A DNA stretch of 64,000 bases from contig OX597832.1 of assembly GCA_951406725.2 (NCBI GenBank), positions 3,968,001 through 4,032,000 on the forward strand, written 5' to 3'. Shown here piece by piece: positions 50,490-63,389 of the stretch. Within the stretch, counting starts at the first letter, position 1. Each line of letters starts with the position of its first letter. Position numbers and translations under genes: made by a program. Below the pieces are notes generated by a model. It saw nothing but the letters and a program-made list of their open reading frames with translations. It was not told where the DNA came from and did no database searches. The DNA comes from Octopus vulgaris (taxonomy: Eukaryota).

Positions 50490-51210
50490 TTGGTTATGAT
50501 AAGTGTTCCAGTTGATCCAGTCAAGCAAACAGCCTGCTCGTGAAATTAGCATGCATAGGCAGGGTAGGGTAGTGTGGTAAGAAACTTGTTTCCCAACTAC
50601 ATGGTTCTGGGTTCAATCCCACAGCATGGCATCTGGGGCAAGTGTCTTCTACTATAACTTCAGGCTGACCAAAGCCTTGTGAATGGATTTGATAGATGGA
50701 GATTGAAAGTAACACATCGTATGTGTGTGTGTGTGTGTCTGTCTGTCTGTCTGTCTTTCTGTTTGTCTCCCACCACCACCACTTCACAACCGGTGCTGGT
50801 GTGTTTACATCCCCACAATTTAGCAGTTCAGCAAAAGAGACTGCTAGAATAAGTACTTGGCTTTAAAAAAAAGGATCATGAGGTTGATTTATTCAATTAA
50901 AAACCCTTCAAGGCAGTACCCCAGTATGACCACAGTCTAATGACTGAAACAAGTAAAAGACAAACGATAAATGGCTGAGCATTATGCAGACACATGTACC
51001 CTTAGCATAGTTCTCTGAAAAATTCAGCCTGACACAGAATATAACAAAGCTGGCCTTTGAAATACAAGTACAACTTATTTTTGCTGGCTGAGTAGACTGG
51101 AGTAATGTGAAATAAGGTGTCTTGCTGAGGGGACACAACAAGCCACCAGGAATCAAATTCATGACTTTACAATCGTAATCTGAATACACTAACCACTGAC
51201 CCATGTACCT
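50490..51210 (-). mobile_element. tRNA-headed SINE family C, interrupted by a plus-strand SINE A (50556-50968)
   Basis: Minus-strand head GGTCAGTGGTTAG...GAATTTGATTCC, then TGTGTCCCCTCAGCAAGACACC; the body appears to resume left of the nested SINE A. Confidence 0.65.
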
Positions 51211-51239
51211 TCACTGCAATCCAAGTAGAAAAATGAGGT

Positions 51240-51645
51240 TAACATGGTTTGGCTGTATGGTAAGAAGCTTGCTTCCCAACCAAATGGTTCCAGGTCCAAT
51301 CCCACTGTGTGGGCAAGTGTCTTCTACTATAGCCTCAGGCCAACCAAAGTCTTGTGAGTGAATTTTATAGGTGGAAACTGAAAGAAGCCGGTTGTATATA
51401 TATGTGTGTGTGTGTATGTGTGTGTCTTTGTGTCTATGTTTGTCCCCTCCCACCATCACTTGACAACCAATGTCGGTGAGTTTATGTCCCTGTAATTTAG
51501 CAGTTCAGCAAAACAGACCAAGAAAATAAGTGCTAGGCTTAAAAAGAATAAGTTCTTGAATTGATTGGGTCAACTAAAACTCTTTAAGGCAATGCTCCAG
51601 CATGACTACAGTGAAATGACCGAGATAAGTAAAAGAATAAAAGAA
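51240..51645 (+). mobile_element. SINE family A
   Basis: Colinear with 47097-47495. Confidence 0.85.
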
Positions 51646-51654
51646 TGGTTATCA

Positions 51655-51920
51655 TTAGTAACAAGCAAGTGAGGAGATTAGTTTTGGTCTAAGCTTTTAC
51701 ACACTTTCTAGTCATTGCAGTTTTTAAGACTAAGAAGTAGAGTTCAAGATTGATGGCCCTGGTGGACTTTCATAGGCTGATGATTTGGATTTTGTAGCAA
51801 AATCTATGGATGAGTTACAAGTAAACATTCAAACTCTCAAAACATGAGCATAAAAGACCAAATTAAGAAAGGTAGTTGCTGAGAGAAAACACAAAGTTCC
51901 AGTGCCATTGGGGAAATTGT
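51655..51920 (+). pseudogene. Decayed RTE reverse transcriptase fragment
   Basis: EFKIDGPGGLS*ADDLDFVAKSMDELQ aligns with EFKTGCPWDLLYADDLALIAESL of the 38957 element. Confidence 0.5.
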
Positions 51921-52057
51921 CTTTTTCAACAAATCTGGAAAATTTCCAAGCAGTAGGCAGGGCTTGAGAAAGATGTTAATATATTATGATAGATGCTGCG
52001 TACATGCATACATTAATACATAGATACATACATACACACACACAAATACATATATTT

Positions 52058-52478
52058 ACCCTTTTACTTGTTTCAGTCATTTGACTGTGGCCATGCTGAA
52101 GCACTGCCTTAAAGAGTTTTAGTTGAACAAATCACACCCAGGACCTATTCTTTGTAAGCCTAGTACTTATTCTATCGGAATCTTTTGCCGAACAGCTAAG
52201 TTACAAGGACATAAACACACAAACATTGATTGTCAAGTGATGGTTGTGGGACAAACACTAACACAAAGACACACATACATTTATACACACACACACACAC
52301 ACACATATATTCACAAAACGTGCTTCTTTCAGTTTCTGTCTACCAGATCTTCTCACAAGTCTGTGGTTGGCCCAAGGCTATAGTAGAAAACACTTGCCCA
52401 AGATGCCATGCAGTGGGACCAAACCTGGAACCATGTGGTGGGGAAACAAAATTCATATCACACACCCATGCCCGTGCC
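52058..52478 (-). mobile_element. SINE family A
   Basis: Reverse complement is colinear with 47097-47495. Confidence 0.85.
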
Positions 52479-52585
52479 ATATGTAACTTTTAGAATACTG
52501 AGGAAGGAAAAGGGGTGTGGGTGTGAGGAATGTGTAGCTCTAGGGAGAGGGGGGTTGTTGGTAAGTTGACGACAGTTGTTCACAA

Positions 52586-52932
52586 ATATTTCTACAAACA
52601 TGCTCCAGATGAGGTAGATTTCAATTATATCAGAATTTGATGTGAAATAAATTTTTTGAAAAGAAACGTGATGGGTGACAGTATGAATATGTGCTATCCC
52701 ACCAGTTTCTATATTCATATTAAATTCTGATATAATCATAATCTACACACTTGAAAGGAAGTTGTCAAAACTTTCATCTAAAAATACCCATTTCCCCAAA
52801 AGTCATGAGGAAACAAAGCCAACTCGTGAATTTTCTGAAGCTTCTCTCCACACTCTCCTGAAAAAATTTTCATACAACAAATACAGATATAATAAGAATC
52901 TACACCATTTGAAGCATATTTGTAGAAACTTT
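52586..52932. repeat. Old ~70-bp inverted repeat pair (MITE-like)
   Basis: TTTCTACAAACATGCTCCAGATG...GTAGATT...ATTATATC matches the reverse complement of 52860-52932. Confidence 0.55.
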
Positions 52933-53137
52933 CATTAACAAATATCCATTTTTTTAGATGTTACAAGGAAACAAAGTCAATGGGGCACATTTGTGTATGT
53001 ATACCCATTGCTTTAACATAAGTAATACTAAGATTATATTGTTTTTATATCATTACATATCAGTTTGGTTCACTTCACTTTCATTTTATATCTCTTATTA
53101 TAAAAGGCAGATTTTATCTGCCTCCCTTTGTATCTTA

Positions 53138-53205
53138 TAAATTGTAATTGAAGAAATCCTATATTGTAGATTTCTACAATATAGGATTTCTTCAATTACA
53201 ATTTA
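53138..53205. repeat. Perfect palindrome: 33-bp arms with a 2-nt spacer
   Basis: TAAATTGTAATTGAAGAAATCCTATATTGTAGA-TT-TCTACAATATAGGATTTCTTCAATTACAATTTA. Confidence 0.95.
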
Positions 53206-53634
53206 CCTAGCATTTTTAAGAGTAGAATGCATCGGGTCATGCCAGGTCCAGTTTTTAAAATTTTAACTCCAATTAAGCAAAATTTACAGAAAACTCACAT
53301 TCTGGTGTGTATGTCAAATGCTTTTCTTAGTCTGGTTTACAGCACACGCAAACGCACACACACAGTGTGCTACGAATAAAGTGAAAGTAATTCAGTGTGT
53401 TGACAGGTAGACAATAGAATGCGGTGACGATGGCGATGTAATATTTGTTTCTGTCTATGACGCTGATAGATACATGAGTAAAATGTATGGGAAGCTAAGA
53501 CATAAGAGTGAGTGAAAATGTTCTTGGAAGAGAGTAAATAGCAAGAGAGAGTGATTTGAGGAAGACTTTACATTAAATAACCGTAGTGGCTTGTGTTAGT
53601 AATAAAGTAAACATACACTCATACGTACATACAT

Positions 53635-53665
<31 letters not shown>

Positions 53666-54039
53666 TACACACACACATACATACATACACACATACATAC
53701 ATACACACATACATACATACATACATATACATACATACATACATATACATACATACACACACACACACATACACACACACACAGTATTGAAGCTTGAGAA
53801 CAATCAGATACATTTGCAACACATCTGTTGAAAATATTATTGTTCACACACATACATATACATATATACATACAGACAGACAGACAGATAGACACACACA
53901 CACACACACACATGATCCAGCATGGCCACAACCTCAAGGCTGAAACATATAAAAGAATAACAGAATATAAATGTGTGCATGTGTGTGAGAGAGAGAGTGT
54001 GTGTGTATATGTATGTATGTATGTATGTATATATATATA

Positions 54040-54632
54040 ATAATGCGGTTTTTTTCAACAGCTTGAACTAAATGTCAGAGGGGAATGGGATAAACTACTT
54101 ATATTAACTTGCTATAAAAGCAGGTAGTAATTTTATCTTGTCTTTATTCATAGTGCAAGTTTTGAAGAGTGCATTTCGATTTTAACAGCTATTTTTTTCA
54201 AAGCTATGTTGGAAGTAACAAAGGAGCATATTTGGCATATTTTGCTTTATGAGTTCAATAAAGACAACAACGCAACGGAAAGTACAAGAAATATTAATGC
54301 AGTATATGGGGATTGGACAATAAGTGTAAGGCAGTGTCAATGGTGGTTCCAGAAATTCCGAGCCATAAACTACAGCCTAGAAGACGAGCCTCATCCTGAA
54401 AGATCTGTAGAACTCGACAAGGACATCCTGAAAACCCTGGTGGAACAAAATCTCATCGTAACTGTTGAGGAACTAGCAGAGAAGCTTGGATTTGGTCATT
54501 CAACCATTCATTGAGACCTGTGTGCTATCGGAAAAGTCAGCAAATTGGGTCAATGGGTTCCTCACGAACTTTCCGAGTCTAATTGCATGCAGAGAGTGAA
54601 TGTATGCTTTTCTTTGCTGTCACATCTCACCA
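54040..54632 (+). pseudogene. mariner transposon 5' fragment
   Basis: EHIWHILLYEFNK..ATESTRNINAVYGD..SVRQCQWWFQKFR..SLEDEP...EELAEKLGFGHSTIH*DLCAIGKVSKLGQWVPHELSE; canonical WVPHEL. Confidence 0.9.
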
Positions 54633-54649
54633 TTACTGCGCTATGTGTA

Positions 54650-55286
54650 TCTATATATATAAAACTGTAGTTGTGTGAGTGTCTGTCCCCTTCGATTTAG
54701 ATTCCTAACTACTCCCACATTTTGCGGTGCAGTTTAACCAAATTCGGGTAGCTTATAGTCGTGATTCATATCGAGCCCGTCTGAGTATTAGCGCGCGTCT
54801 ACGATGAGTCTACGATTTTAAAAATAATTTAACATCATTTTTTATTCCATTTTAATGCATAATTTTTCGTGTGTCGATGGCGGCGGAGTTGGCGTCCACG
54901 CTCACACCTGCACCTGTGGGGAAGGGAGTGTAAGGAAATCAACGTCGTAATGCGTTGTCAAGGAGACCAGCGTTCTTTTAGAACAACGACTTCATGGCTT
55001 GAAGACACCAAAACAGAAATGGCTAAGAAAGCGTCTACATGAGTCTACGATTTAAAAAAAAATTTACCATCGTTTTTTTTCCATTTTAATGCATTTTTTC
55101 GCTATTATATAAGGGAAGTAACTCTCTAAAAATGTCTACGATGAGTCAACGATTTTAAAAAAAATTTACCATCATATTTTTTCCATTTTTTATGCATTTT
55201 TTGCTATTTTTTGGCTATAACTCTCTAAAAATGCTTATATAGTTATTTCCCTTACAAACCCGAGCAACGCCGGGCGATACTGCTAG
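54650..55286 (+). mobile_element. Non-autonomous Helitron, apparently complete
   Basis: A|TCTATATATATAAAA 5' end; 3' hairpin CCCGAGC-AAC-GCCGGG followed by CTAG|T; no TSD; three ~65-bp internal repeats; CpG retained. Confidence 0.9.
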
Positions 55287-55507
55287 TGTAACAATAATAT
55301 CTAATTATATGTTGTATATAAACAAAGAATGTACTTCTTTCATTCAGTTTGCATGGAAAGGGTGACAATAATGTGAATGAGATGGGCTCAGTTTTTCACT
55401 ACACATAAATGTAAATAAGATAACAGCATTTATGATGATATCATGTTTAGTAACAAATACTGGCTGTGTTAAAAATACATTGGTGTGTGTGTGAATATTC
55501 TTATATA

Positions 55508-55564
<57 letters not shown>

Positions 55565-55771
55565 TTGGAGCTAGCCAGATTGGAGCAATCTCGAGAATAA
55601 TCAGCCAAAATTGCGAGGATAATCTGGTGCTTGACTGAGGATAGTGGGCTTCGAATGACCCATCCTTGTTTTCTTTGTATCGTCTATCTGGATGTTTTGT
55701 TGTCCCTTTTTGTATCACCTAGCTGTCCAGATATTTTGTGTTCTTGTCCCATTTTGTATTATATATATATA

Positions 55772-55816
<45 letters not shown>

Positions 55817-55819
55817 GAT

Positions 55820-55985
55820 AAAATAAAATGAAGAACAAACACAAAAAAGAACAACAATGCGAGGACATGGTACATGTAAAGTATTAGCAGATACTCAGGG
55901 GAGGAAAGAAAGGTGGTTTTATGTTTCGTACAAAGCTCTTCTTTGGAAACAGGAGACAGAGGAAAGTTCAATAGAAAAGGAAGAT
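55820..55985 (-). mobile_element. H2-related hammerhead-like short element
   Basis: Minus strand 55950-55916: GTTT-CCAAAGA-A-GAGC-TTT-GTAC-GAAA-CA-TA-AAAC; lies between (TA)n tracts. Confidence 0.55.
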
Positions 55986-56668
55986 GGATGTAAAAAAATA
56001 TATATATATTAAAATTTATTGGCAGTATTTAGGCAATAATATCTCATTGTTTTATAAATGCATGCTCTTTTCAACATAATTGCATTTCATCTTATACCTC
56101 TACTTTACTTTTTCCTTTATTGATGTTTGGGCTTCATTCATGTTGCATGTCTTACCAGCATTCTTCCTACATGCATGCCATATGTTTATACTTATGCATA
56201 TACACTATTTGATATACAATAAATTGATATCAAACCAATGTAGAACATGCTGTGTTGACACTTGTCTTCATATAATAAAATGCCATGTCTTAGAACTTAA
56301 AAAACTCTAAAGGGCAAGTAGGCTATTTTTGAAGAGTAAGAGGAAGGAATAGGATTGGTGTGTGAGCTGGGTAGCTAAGGGAAGTGGGAAAGGATTAGTA
56401 ACAGATATGTTTCTTTATTAGCCACACAGGGCTGCATACAGACAGGACAGATTACAAAGTAGAGCTTTTCTTTTTTTGGAGAAAAAAAAGTGGGGTAGGT
56501 TTTCGATCAAAGGGGATCGCAAAAGGGAAAGAAGAAAAAAAAAGGAAAAACAAAGGAAAAGAAAAAAAGGACTGATATAAAGTGTAACTAAGTAAAGTAG
56601 CAGAGGGTTAATAACTTTGCATAGATGTCATTCAGAGAGAAATGTTCTTCTGTTCATCCACACACTCA

Positions 56669-56712
<44 letters not shown>

Positions 56713-57127
56713 AACTGTTTAAGCCAAAATTATCCAGTAATACCCAAAGTATTTCCTCTTCTTTATTTAGTATTTATGCGCAGGCATAAAGTAGTTATCA
56801 TCTGCTAATTGTTTAGTCTTATCACTTTTGTTTCACCAACATTCGTCCGCAGTCAACATTGAAGGTGAAATGCCTTATTAAAATGAAAAAAATATTCATT
56901 TCTTCTTTTACTACTTATGAAATTGTACTCAGCCAGTCATCTATCACAAAGTTAGAAAAACGTCTAAACAAGAAATTGATATCATTTAGACTTATCAGTC
57001 TTCAGTGTTATATTTGTTGGTCAATGTTCTGTTCACAAAGAAGCCATCTAAAATTTTAATAAAAGATAAAATACCTTTTTAAAATCATTAAAAAATATTC
57101 AGCAAAATCATATCAACTTATCTCTTA

Positions 57128-57445
57128 TATAAAGTCATGGGTGATGGTAACTGCATATTTGAAGCTGTATCACTCTTACTCAAAAGCAGCTGCTATTTCA
57201 ACTGGTTGATGTATGAGAGACAATTCATTTATACCAGAATACCCTTGATTCTGTCTGACTCTGAAATGCTGTTCATATTCAAAAGGCTTTTGTTCCCAGT
57301 AAAACTTAGTTAGGACTTAAAATAAATATCAGGAACAAGCTTCATCTGTCATTGAACTAAAACTTGCAGAACATTGTTTCTCTCGTGGGTAACTGTATGT
57401 GGCATATACAAAAGTTGGAAATCCACATGATATTTTTTCATATTT
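57128..57445 (+). pseudogene. Helitron RepHel remnant: OTU-protease motif next to PIF1 helicase C-terminus
   Basis: YKVMGDGNCIFEAVSLLL; then AISTG..FIP/RIPLILSDSEMLFIFKRLLFPVKLS../QEQASSVIELKLAEHCFSRG*LYVAYTKVGNP (compare PRIP..FKRLQFPV..SQGQ..FSHGQLYVA.SRV). Confidence 0.75.
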
Positions 57446-57746
57446 GAGGAGCTTAATTTCAAAACTGGTATAAATGCATATTTGGTCAATTTCATGGTAA
57501 CCATTAAAACACAGTCTGCAAGTTGCTGGCTTTATGCATGTGAAATTTTTTTCAGTAAAACTGAGGTAAATGCCATATAGACAGTAGGCGAAACTTAGTC
57601 TTCCAATCAAAATCAGATAAATTAAAGTTGTTGCTTTAAACAATTAATCAAAAGTCATTCCAATGCATATATCTGGTTTTGAAAGTAAGCTCATCATCTG
57701 TTCCTTCTGGAAAAAACACATAACATTGTTTAAAAGTGTGTCTACA

Positions 57747-57783
<37 letters not shown>

Positions 57784-57814
57784 ATGTATCTGCATGTATG
57801 TGTGTATGATTGCG

Positions 57815-57848
<34 letters not shown>

Positions 57849-58679
57849 TGTGTATGTAAGTCTAGTTTATTCCTTGAATTGAGACTTAGTCCTTTTGAAA
57901 TGAACCTACCTGAAACGACCTCTGCTTCTATGATATAAACTTTCTCTTTTGAAAGGATCTAAATCAAAGCATTCTATTAAAATTTTAATTTAATTTATGT
58001 TTGAAATACCATCTTAATAATGACTAGATTATTTTATTAAATTCCTTATTTTCAAAACTAATTGAAACAAAGGCGGTGTATTTCAGCATAAATATGGTAA
58101 CAAGAGAATTAACTTCTAAGAGTTACACATTTGATCTTTGAATCACTGATTTTTTTTATAGAATTAAAAACATCCTTTGTAAACAAATTGCTCAGAGCTC
58201 AATGGATCATTTATACAATGTGCATCTTTTAACTTCTATGCAGTAATTCAAGTGGGGATACACTAGAGAGATATTACAATGCCATCACAAAGTTAACAGT
58301 CTACTCCAAATTACGAGAAACTTTCAAAATATTCAGTAATATTTCCACTGAATAAGCCTCTACATGGTCACTTGACCTGCTAGAAATAGCAACCAAATTT
58401 CCTCGAATCACACCCCATTATCTTAATATGAGATGGATACATTGGATTGTGTAATCCTAGATCCCCATGAAAGAGCTAATTGGAATGGGTGTGGGGATAA
58501 AGAACAATAACAATGACACTAACAACAGAAGTGACTAATAATATATCGTTGCATCTATAAACATCAAGGTCAGGTAAATCATTGAGAGTAACTACTTTTA
58601 CCTAGATACAGTGTAACATTGTTTACTGGATGAATTGACGTCAGTCAATCAGTCGATAGACTAACTCTCTTTCAGTTCA

Positions 58680-58905
58680 TTCATCTGCCATCTTTTAGAC
58701 ATTAGACTATGATCATGCTAGGGCACTGGCTTGAAGAGTTTTTGTTGGACAGATTGGCCCCAGTACTTGGTTTTTAAGTCTGGTACTTAGTCCATCAGCT
58801 TCTTTGATCTGCAGAGTCACAGGAATGTAAACAAACCAAGACCTGTTGTCAAGTAATGAAGGGTGACAAAGAACATAAACACAAAGTCACAGACACATAC
58901 ACACA

Positions 58906-58955
<50 letters not shown>

Positions 58956-59012
58956 CACACATACATGTATGACAGGCTTCTATACAGTTTCCATCTACCA
59001 AGTTCACTTACA
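58680..59012 (-). mobile_element. SINE family A, decayed 3' part
   Basis: GACTATGATCATGCTAGGGCACTG...GTAAACAAACCAA...(CA)n...CAGTTTCCATCTACCAA. Confidence 0.65.
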
Positions 59013-59579
59013 AAGCATTACAGAATGGAATTAATTTATCATTGATACAGCAAATATTCACAAAATAAAAAACTTTGATGTTGTAAGTGGTTATTACTAG
59101 ATTTAAAAGAAATGACTGTAGAGTTTTCTGATATTGTATGTAGAAGCTGTTTGCTTCCTTAATATTCTTAATAATCATTATTCTCAGAAATGGCTGAGTT
59201 GCTAGCACATCAGACAAAATGCCCTACAGTATTTAGTTATAGCTTTCATTGTTCTAAGTTCAAATCACACTAAGGGCAACTTCACCCTTCACTCTTCCAG
59301 GAATCAATAAAATGAAGTATCAGACAAGTAGTGTTTGATTCCTATAATGCATCTTAAATGTGAATGGAATTATAATAGAAGATCACAGCAATCTCACTTC
59401 AGTTTTTCCTTCTAGCCACTTATGATATGACAATCCATGGATATGTCGTCAATGTTGATCAATAGTTCAATGAGTCTACAGTTGTTTTGGTGACGGGGTT
59501 GGAGGTTCTGTATTAGCTTCATGAATATGGAAATATCAGTCAATAAACCTTTCTTTCTTGAGAGCACTGGAAAACTACT

Positions 59580-59612
<33 letters not shown>

Positions 59613-59715
59613 TATGTTGATAATGATTATGATCATGAAGCGGATTTCTTACCTTAAAGTTGATCAGAGCAACACTACTATTTGAATGGTAACAATTAGA
59701 CTGCTGCTGCTGCTG

Positions 59716-59755
<40 letters not shown>

Positions 59756-61679
59756 AACTACTACTACTACTAAGAAATTTGACATCATTTGACTAAAAGT
59801 AATCATTATTATTGTTGATAGCAATGTGGCTGCTGGCAAGTTTCTTGGTAACAGCATGTATAGATAATATTGAATGAAACAGAAGATAGATTCCATTTAT
59901 GAAAGTCATCTTAATGTTTCGTTTATTATTTTAGAATATTTACTGTTTATTTGGCTAATTTTCACCATCATCAGATTGTTTGCAATTAAGGTAAGATAGG
60001 CATTTAGCTGAAGCAGTCACCATCTCTGTATTGACACACCATGAATATTCAATACATTTATGAATATAAAATATACATTAAGCAGTATATAAAGTACTTT
60101 GATCTTACAGTTGTGGATTTAAAGAGAGAGAAGGAGATGGGTCAAGGAAATATTGAAAGAGTATAAATTTTATGGATCTTATAAAATTAAACTATAAAGA
60201 TGTATTTATAAAATTTATAATATATATAAAATATACTTTTTTTTACATCATTCTTAACACAAGACAATTAAGAAAAGTGAATATTAAATAGTTGATGGTA
60301 ATGATGCTGACGGTGAGATAAATAAGGATGGAGTGAAACTGAATGATGATAATAATAATGAGTACAAGAACCAGCTAAGGGAATACATCCAGTATCTATA
60401 GGTTAACTAGTAGTATCAAATCAATGATTTTACTGTCTTCTTCAATTTCAACTTCATGTTTCTGTATGAGGAAAGAAAAAAATGCTTCCCTTATCCAGGG
60501 ATTATATGACTAACTTCTCACAGACATCTCCTAAGAACTACTTTCAAATAGTTTTGTTTCACTTTACTTCTGCTACCCACTTAATAGAGCTGATAGTTGT
60601 TTTTGTGGATTTTTTTCCTTTTAGATAACTTCTAAAATCATGTTTTAACAATTGCTGGTATAATGTTGTTTTTTTTAAATATGTCTAAATAAGGCATGCA
60701 TTCACATTCTGTATCATTTTATTCTCAGTTCCTTGATATTGATTATCTGACAAGTGTGGAGGTGATGATGGGAGATTATTGATTAATCTTCTAAGAATGT
60801 TACAGGTAGAAAGACTCTACTGGAAATTGATATAAAAATGTATTTCAAAATTTGAAAAAAATAAAAATGTTATGGTTGACATTTCACCATTCTGATAATA
60901 GGAATAGTATTTCCATTGAATTGTAAGCATCAGGTCTCTCTGCTGCTAAGAAAGTCTTACATCAAATATTTTTATTGAAAGAATGTACCACACATAAAGT
61001 CTATACCTGGCTGCTAATTAGTAACTAATTAACTTTAGACTGGGTCATAACAAAGAAGATAATGTTAATAATATCAGCAAGTTAGGGATAACAGAATCTA
61101 TTACATTTATAATTAATGCATTAATGATGTGAATGTCTGACAAAGCAACATATTATTGAATGACAACAAGCTGGTTGCTCACTATCATTAAAATGGTTAA
61201 CTATGAGGAAATAGGCTATTACAAGCATCTAGGAGTTCTTTACTAATTTATTTCTTGAAAATAAAATATTCACCAACTTGTCAAAAAGAAGCAATATTTA
61301 TTTTATCAATTCTGAATATAATGAATTAAACCCCAATCAATGTCCATTTACATTCAACTTTCAGAATTTGAAATATTACATAAATGCCAGCCCCAACATT
61401 TATTTAAAATTGAATTAATCACTGAATCTAACTCTTAGAAGGAAAATGTTTTATGAAACTTATATAATATTTTTATATTCTTGAAAGCCACGATTAATCT
61501 ATAATTCCAATTATCTTGAGCTGCTAATTCAAATTCCATATTTCATATGGAATCAATTTACTAATTGATAGTGTATGGTAGTAATCACCTACATTTCAGT
61601 AATCTCAAAATTGCTAGCCAACAAATCAAATCAAAACCAATGGTTAGTGAAAAAAAAATACATAAATTCATTATTGATA

Positions 61680-62050
61680 TGATATGAAGAGTGAGAAGGG
61701 ATCAAGGTTTTTAGGGCTCTGTGATACAAACAAACTAACCAACTGCAACACTAACCACAGATATCTAGCCATCTACCTGTCAGGTGGACATGTGAACGAA
61801 ATTGACTAGATATTCACCAGGATATGGGATAAGTAGCTTAGTTGTGAAAAATTAACCACTCAGTATAGATTACTGATCAGTAGCCTTACATGTACCACTC
61901 AGTATTGATTATAGATCAGTAACCTTACAATAAGAGTGAGGTAGACTCAGAGACTCAAAACAACCTGGCAAAGGAAGATATAGAAACTGACCAGACCTAG
62001 GTTTAGAAAAGTACTTGCTGACACATGAGATGGGAGAGAGAAGCTAATAG
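61680..62050 (+). pseudogene. Decayed RTE apurinic-endonuclease region fragment
   Basis: GSRFLGLCDTNKLTNCNTN..YLSGGHVNEID*IFTR..TTQYRLLIS (compare RLLEFCD..L..CNT..TY.SG..QIDYI..QHRL); includes a ~39-bp tandem duplication near 61855-61930. Confidence 0.55.
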
Positions 62051-62185
62051 AGACTTACACAGTAGAGAACAACTAGGCATCCCTATGAGACAACCTGCCT
62101 TGAGTAACAGACCAGATCTATGTCCGTAACAGAGTTCCAAGATGGAAGGTAACATGATGGTGGAATAAAATTGCAAGTAGAGCCA

Positions 62186-62470
62186 TCTATATATATAAAA
62201 CTGAGAATGAGTGTCTGTTTGTCTGTCTGTATGTGTGCATCATTAAACCTCAAAAACTATGCAAGCAATTTCATTCAAATTTTACACATGCCTTACTTAG
62301 GGTCCATACAATGTCATGGGCCAAAAAAAATTTCAACTTCTTGCCTAATGCAAGCCCAGAGCAAACTCTTATCTATCACACTCTTTCAGTATTACGTGTC
62401 AAAAGTGAAACAATAACATCTCTATTGTAATGTGATAATATTTTCAGTTTCATTTCTATTACTTTCACTA
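62186..62470 (+). mobile_element. Helitron-type non-autonomous element, 5' part
   Basis: A|TCTATATATATAAAACTG, the same start as 54650, followed by (GTCT)n; 3' end not seen. Confidence 0.55.
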
Positions 62471-62671
62471 TGATATATTTATGCATGTATATGTATGTAT
62501 ATGTGTGCATGTATATGTATGTATACATATATATGTATATATATATAAGTATATATATATATATATATATTTATGTATATATATGTTTATATTTATGTAT
62601 ATATATATATATGTATATCTATGTATATATATGTATGTATATATGTGTATATATATATGCATATGTATGTA

Positions 62672-62714
<43 letters not shown>

Positions 62715-62800
62715 ATATATTATATATTTGCACATATATATTTATGCATATATATATATGTATGTATATATATATGTATATGTATATGTATATATATTTA
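62470..62800. repeat. Long degenerate (TA)/(TATG)n microsatellite
   Basis: Directly visible. Confidence 0.95.
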
Positions 62801-62802
62801 TG

Positions 62803-63350
62803 TCAGGTCACTTTCGAGTGCTACTGGTAACATGTAACCCAGCACAACCTGTTGCATGGTCGGGTCGTCAGCGACTAAACTGACAACCCCACCAAGCTTG
62901 CTTGGTGAGGAGGGTGTTAATTGGACACCCTGCGGGATGAAAAACAAAACCCGTCAAAGGGCGGAGGAACTCTTGAGAGTCAATGGCCATCCAATAAATG
63001 TCTTAAGGCTGTATCATGTGTGGGGACATAGAAATAATCAGACTGAATACCCAATCGCACGGTTAAACCATTGGGAGTGAAGGACTCCTAGCCTTTGTTA
63101 GGGCATCCTTCTAGGAGAAGGTAACTCAGGTAACTGGGATAACTCCGACATAAAACCTGCGGCTCAGTGGTTACCGATGATGTTGACTTGTTCTTCTTTT
63201 CGGATTATGGCTGCTGTTGCTTTGTGAGTGGGATTGACTCAGTGCACAGCCTATCATCGCTTTAAAAAAAATCTTCTTACACAGGCATTGCACGATAACA
63301 ACATTGATTAAGCTTCGTGCAATGGCCATACTCAATAACGAGGGGGCAGC
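62803..63350 (+). mobile_element. GC-rich non-coding insert in (TA)n, possibly derived from an RTE 5' UTR
   Basis: Sharp composition shift; AGGGCATCCTTCTAGGAGAAGGTAACTC resembles my recollection of RTE 5' UTR motifs; several hairpins. Confidence 0.4.
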
Positions 63351-63389
63351 ATATATATGCATATTCATATATATATATATACATAGCTG

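Noticed and set aside
55565-55760. (TA)n-flanked insert with CTGAGGA...CGAAT
   Set aside because: Probably another short element, but the stems and cleavage triplet could not be assigned convincingly.
2149-62883. Many ORFs of YI/TH/CV repeats and poly-N/L/I/D/M
   Set aside because: They are translations of (TA)n, (CA)n, (AAT)n and (GAT)n microsatellites, with no domain motifs or splice structure.
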